Shown: positions 61,631-64,000 of the stretch, one piece after another
How positions within the stretch are numbered: the stretch's first letter is position 1
Layout of the letters: each line of letters opens with the position of its first letter
NCBI GenBank assembly: GCA_012521555.1
Contig: JAAYMC010000024.1
Span: 1,437 to 65,436 of the forward strand
From: Clostridiales bacterium
GTDB lineage: Bacteria; Bacillota; Clostridia; Oscillospirales; Oscillospiraceae
Length of the DNA stretch: 64,000 bases
Direction: 5' to 3'
The notes under the pieces: model-generated
What the model was told of the DNA's origin: nothing
Seen by the model: the letters and a program-made list of their open reading frames with translations, nothing else
Databases searched by the model: none
Position numbers and translations under genes: made by a program

Positions 61631-62278
61631 TTGTGGAGGAGTCCGACCTTGTTTATCCTACTTCATGTATTTGTTGCTGTCTTGGCCTACCTCATCGGAG
61701 GCATCAACGGCGCAATCATTACGTCTAAGTACTTTTACAAGAAAGACATCCGCCAGTACGGCAGCGGCAATCCGGGCCTGACGAACTTCTACCGCGTCTT
61801 CGGGAAGCGCGCCGTGACGGGTGTCATCCTCATCGACATGCTCAAGACAATTGTCCCCGTCGTCATCGGAAGGGTGCTTTTCCGGAACTTCTACGACATG
61901 GAAGTCTACGGGAGCATTTTCGCCGGGCTGTGCGTCATGCTCGGGCACAGCTACCCCGTCTATTACGGCTTTCAGGGCGGCAAGACCGTCATGGCCATCG
62001 GGACGTTTGTGTTCTTCGTGGACTGGCGCCTTGCGCTGATTGCCTGGGGCGTCTTTCTTGTGGTCTTTGCGGTGACGCGATACGTCTCCCTCGGCGCCAT
62101 GATCGCCGCGCTCACGTACCCCATATTGATTTACGCCCTTGGGATCGGCGGGACGCGGGAGATTATCGTTTCCGTGCTGAGCGTCTTGCTCCTCGTTTTC
62201 CGGCACAGAGACAATATCCGCCGGCTGATAAACGGGACGGAATCGAAGTTCAGGATTAAAAAAGACGACGAATCCTGA
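61631..62278 (+). CDS. plsY: glycerol-3-phosphate acyltransferase PlsY
   Basis: DIRQYGSGNPGLTN, GHSYP, FQGGK, HRDNIRRL. Confidence 0.93.
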   Translation: MWRSPTLFILLHVFVAVLAYLIGGINGAIITSKYFYKKDIRQYGSGNPGLTNFYRVFGKRAVTGVILIDMLKTIVPVVIGRVLFRNFYDMEVYGSIFAGLCVMLGHSYPVYYGFQGGKTVMAIGTFVFFVDWRLALIAWGVFLVVFAVTRYVSLGAMIAALTYPILIYALGIGGTREIIVSVLSVLLLVFRHRDNIRRLINGTESKFRIKKDDES

Positions 62279-62316
62279 CGGGAAGGTGTACGAAGGAAAG
62301 GCAGGAGCAGGTCAAC

Positions 62317-63327
62317 ATGAACATTTCGATTTTGGGCGGCGGCGCGTGGGGCACGGCGCTGGCGACGGTTCTGGCAAACAACGGCCACGGTGTGACGCTC
62401 TGGCTCCGCAGCCCGGACGCGGCGCGGGCCGTGGAGGAGACGAGAGAGAACAGGAAGCTCCCGGGCGTCATTCTCGATAAAAGCGTGAAGGTGACGAGCG
62501 ACCTTGAAAAGGCCGTGGGAAGCGCCGAAGCCGTCGTGCTGGCGACGCCGTCTTACGGCGTTTCGGAGACGGCACAGAAAATCGCCGGGATGCTGCCGAA
62601 GGACGCCCTTGTGATTTGCGCCTCGAAAGGGATTGAAAAAGACACGTCGCGCCTCTTTTCGGAAATCCTGCGGGAGACGCTGGGGGAGGGCGTGCGCCTC
62701 GCGTCCATCTCCGGCCCCATGCACGCGGAGGAAGTGGCGCGGAAGGTCCCGACGGCGTGCGTCGCCGCCTCGGCGGACGTCGGGACGGCCCTGCTGGTGC
62801 AGGATATCTTTATGAACGACTACCTGCGCGTGTACACGACGACGGACGTCGTCGGCGTGGAGCTGGGCGGGGCGCTGAAAAACGTCATCGCGCTGTGCGC
62901 CGGCGTGTGCGACGGGCTGGGGTTTGGCGACAACACCATCGCCATGCTCATGACGCGCGGCCTTGCTGAAATCGCGCGGCTGTGCAGCCGCCTCGGCGGA
63001 AAGATGGCGACGCTCGCGGGGCTGGCGGGGCTCGGCGACCTTATCGTCACGTGCACCTCGCGCCACTCGCGCAACAGGCGCGCCGGCGTGCTCATCGGCA
63101 AGGGGTACGACGTAAAAAAGGCGATGGAAGCAGTCGGCGCCGCCGTGGAAGGGTACTACGCCGCGAAGGCGGCGTACGAGCTGGCGCAGAAAACCGGCAT
63201 CGAGATGCCGATTTTTACGGAGGCGTACCGCGTCCTGTACGAAGGCAAGCCCGCGACGGACGCCATGCGCGAGCTGATGCAGCGCGACAGAAAACACGAA
63301 TCAGGCGAGGTAGACTGGGTAACTTAA
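62317..63327 (+). CDS. gpsA: NAD(P)H-dependent glycerol-3-phosphate dehydrogenase
   Basis: GGGAWGTALA, GVELGGALKN, GLAGLGDL, TCTSRHSRN. Confidence 0.96.
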   Translation: MNISILGGGAWGTALATVLANNGHGVTLWLRSPDAARAVEETRENRKLPGVILDKSVKVTSDLEKAVGSAEAVVLATPSYGVSETAQKIAGMLPKDALVICASKGIEKDTSRLFSEILRETLGEGVRLASISGPMHAEEVARKVPTACVAASADVGTALLVQDIFMNDYLRVYTTTDVVGVELGGALKNVIALCAGVCDGLGFGDNTIAMLMTRGLAEIARLCSRLGGKMATLAGLAGLGDLIVTCTSRHSRNRRAGVLIGKGYDVKKAMEAVGAAVEGYYAAKAAYELAQKTGIEMPIFTEAYRVLYEGKPATDAMRELMQRDRKHESGEVDWVT

Positions 63328-63461
63328 GTCTACATAGAAAACAAGGCACGGGATACATCCCGTGCCTTTTCGCTTAAAAAGACGCGAATGAGCGAAGCGC
63401 GCGAAAAAAGCGGCGCTTACTGCGCCGCAGATAAGTAGGTTTTCAATCGGCAGAGCGGGAG

Positions 63462-64000
63462 CTAAATCATCTTCTCGTACGCCTTGCGCACGGCGCCTGA
63501 GATGATGGCGTAGACGCCGGCGGCGTCCATGTGCAAAATGCCCTGCTCCGTCGCGCCGCCGCGCGTGGCGACGGCTTTCACCGTGCCCTTGTAATCGCCG
63601 CGGTTGAGGGCGTTGCGGAACGTGATTTCCGCGATTTTAAGGCTGTCCTGCAGCGAAAAGCCCATCATCTCGCCGGCGGAGACGAACGCGTCGATGAGGT
63701 ACGCGGCAAAGCCGAGCCCGCACGAGGAAAACGCCATGACCTTTTCGATTTCATCCGGCTTAACCTCAAAAGCGTAGCCGAGGCGGTGGAAGAGCGCCGC
63801 GACGGGTTCCGGCGCGCTCGTGTAGCCGATGACGCCGTCGCACGACGCGATGGCGAGGGACGGCATGGCGCGCACGATCTCGGCGTCCCCGAGTTTTACG
63901 CGCAGCGTATCCAGCGGCACGCCGGCCATGAAGCTGACGATTGTTTTCCCATCCAGCGAGACGGACGCGATGATTGGCGCCATCTCGTCAAACACATGCC
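63462..64000 (-). CDS. pyrroline-5-carboxylate reductase family, C-terminal part (5' end beyond window)
   Basis: IVSFMAGV, VRAMP, GGAT near the C-terminus; ProC-like but divergent. Confidence 0.7.
   Translation of the reverse strand, partial: HVFDEMAPIIASVSLDGKTIVSFMAGVPLDTLRVKLGDAEIVRAMPSLAIASCDGVIGYTSAPEPVAALFHRLGYAFEVKPDEIEKVMAFSSCGLGFAAYLIDAFVSAGEMMGFSLQDSLKIAEITFRNALNRGDYKGTVKAVATRGGATEQGILHMDAAGVYAIISGAVRKAYEKMI

Overview
A 64-kb chromosomal segment from a high-GC anaerobic Firmicute (Clostridia, probably Oscillospiraceae-like; inferred from gene content and sigmaA-type promoters). About 50 CDSs and one tRNA-Pro(UGG) are supported. I found no transposase, integrase, prophage or CRISPR array. 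Most of the window is housekeeping: gap, hemW, alaS, tadA, pnp-rpsO, mnmG, glyQS, split transketolase, mnmE, ppdK, potABCD, rpmF, der-plsY-gpsA. Four loci stand out. (1) A stand-alone methenyl-H4MPT cyclohydrolase (mch) homolog with no other methanopterin C1 genes in the window. (2) A sigmaA promoter with a 17/18 CIRCE (HrcA) operator, then a ~190-nt structured, terminator-ended leader, ahead of a fused cytidylyltransferase/PLP enzyme and a CDP-alcohol phosphotransferase; this may be a heat-regulated, Kennedy-like amino-alcohol lipid pathway. (3) An MFS transporter, an AraC regulator and a glycyl radical enzyme with an atypical GCQE loop and no adjacent activase. (4) Directly downstream, a thiolase-less hbd-bcd-crt-etfBA-ptb-buk operon with divergent cofactor/substrate motifs, followed by a tandem MoaF-like protein. 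Smaller items are a His-less kinase, a twice-disrupted membrane-protein pseudogene, and a long hairpin in the pnp leader. All family calls come from motif recognition by eye; no database search or folding program was run.
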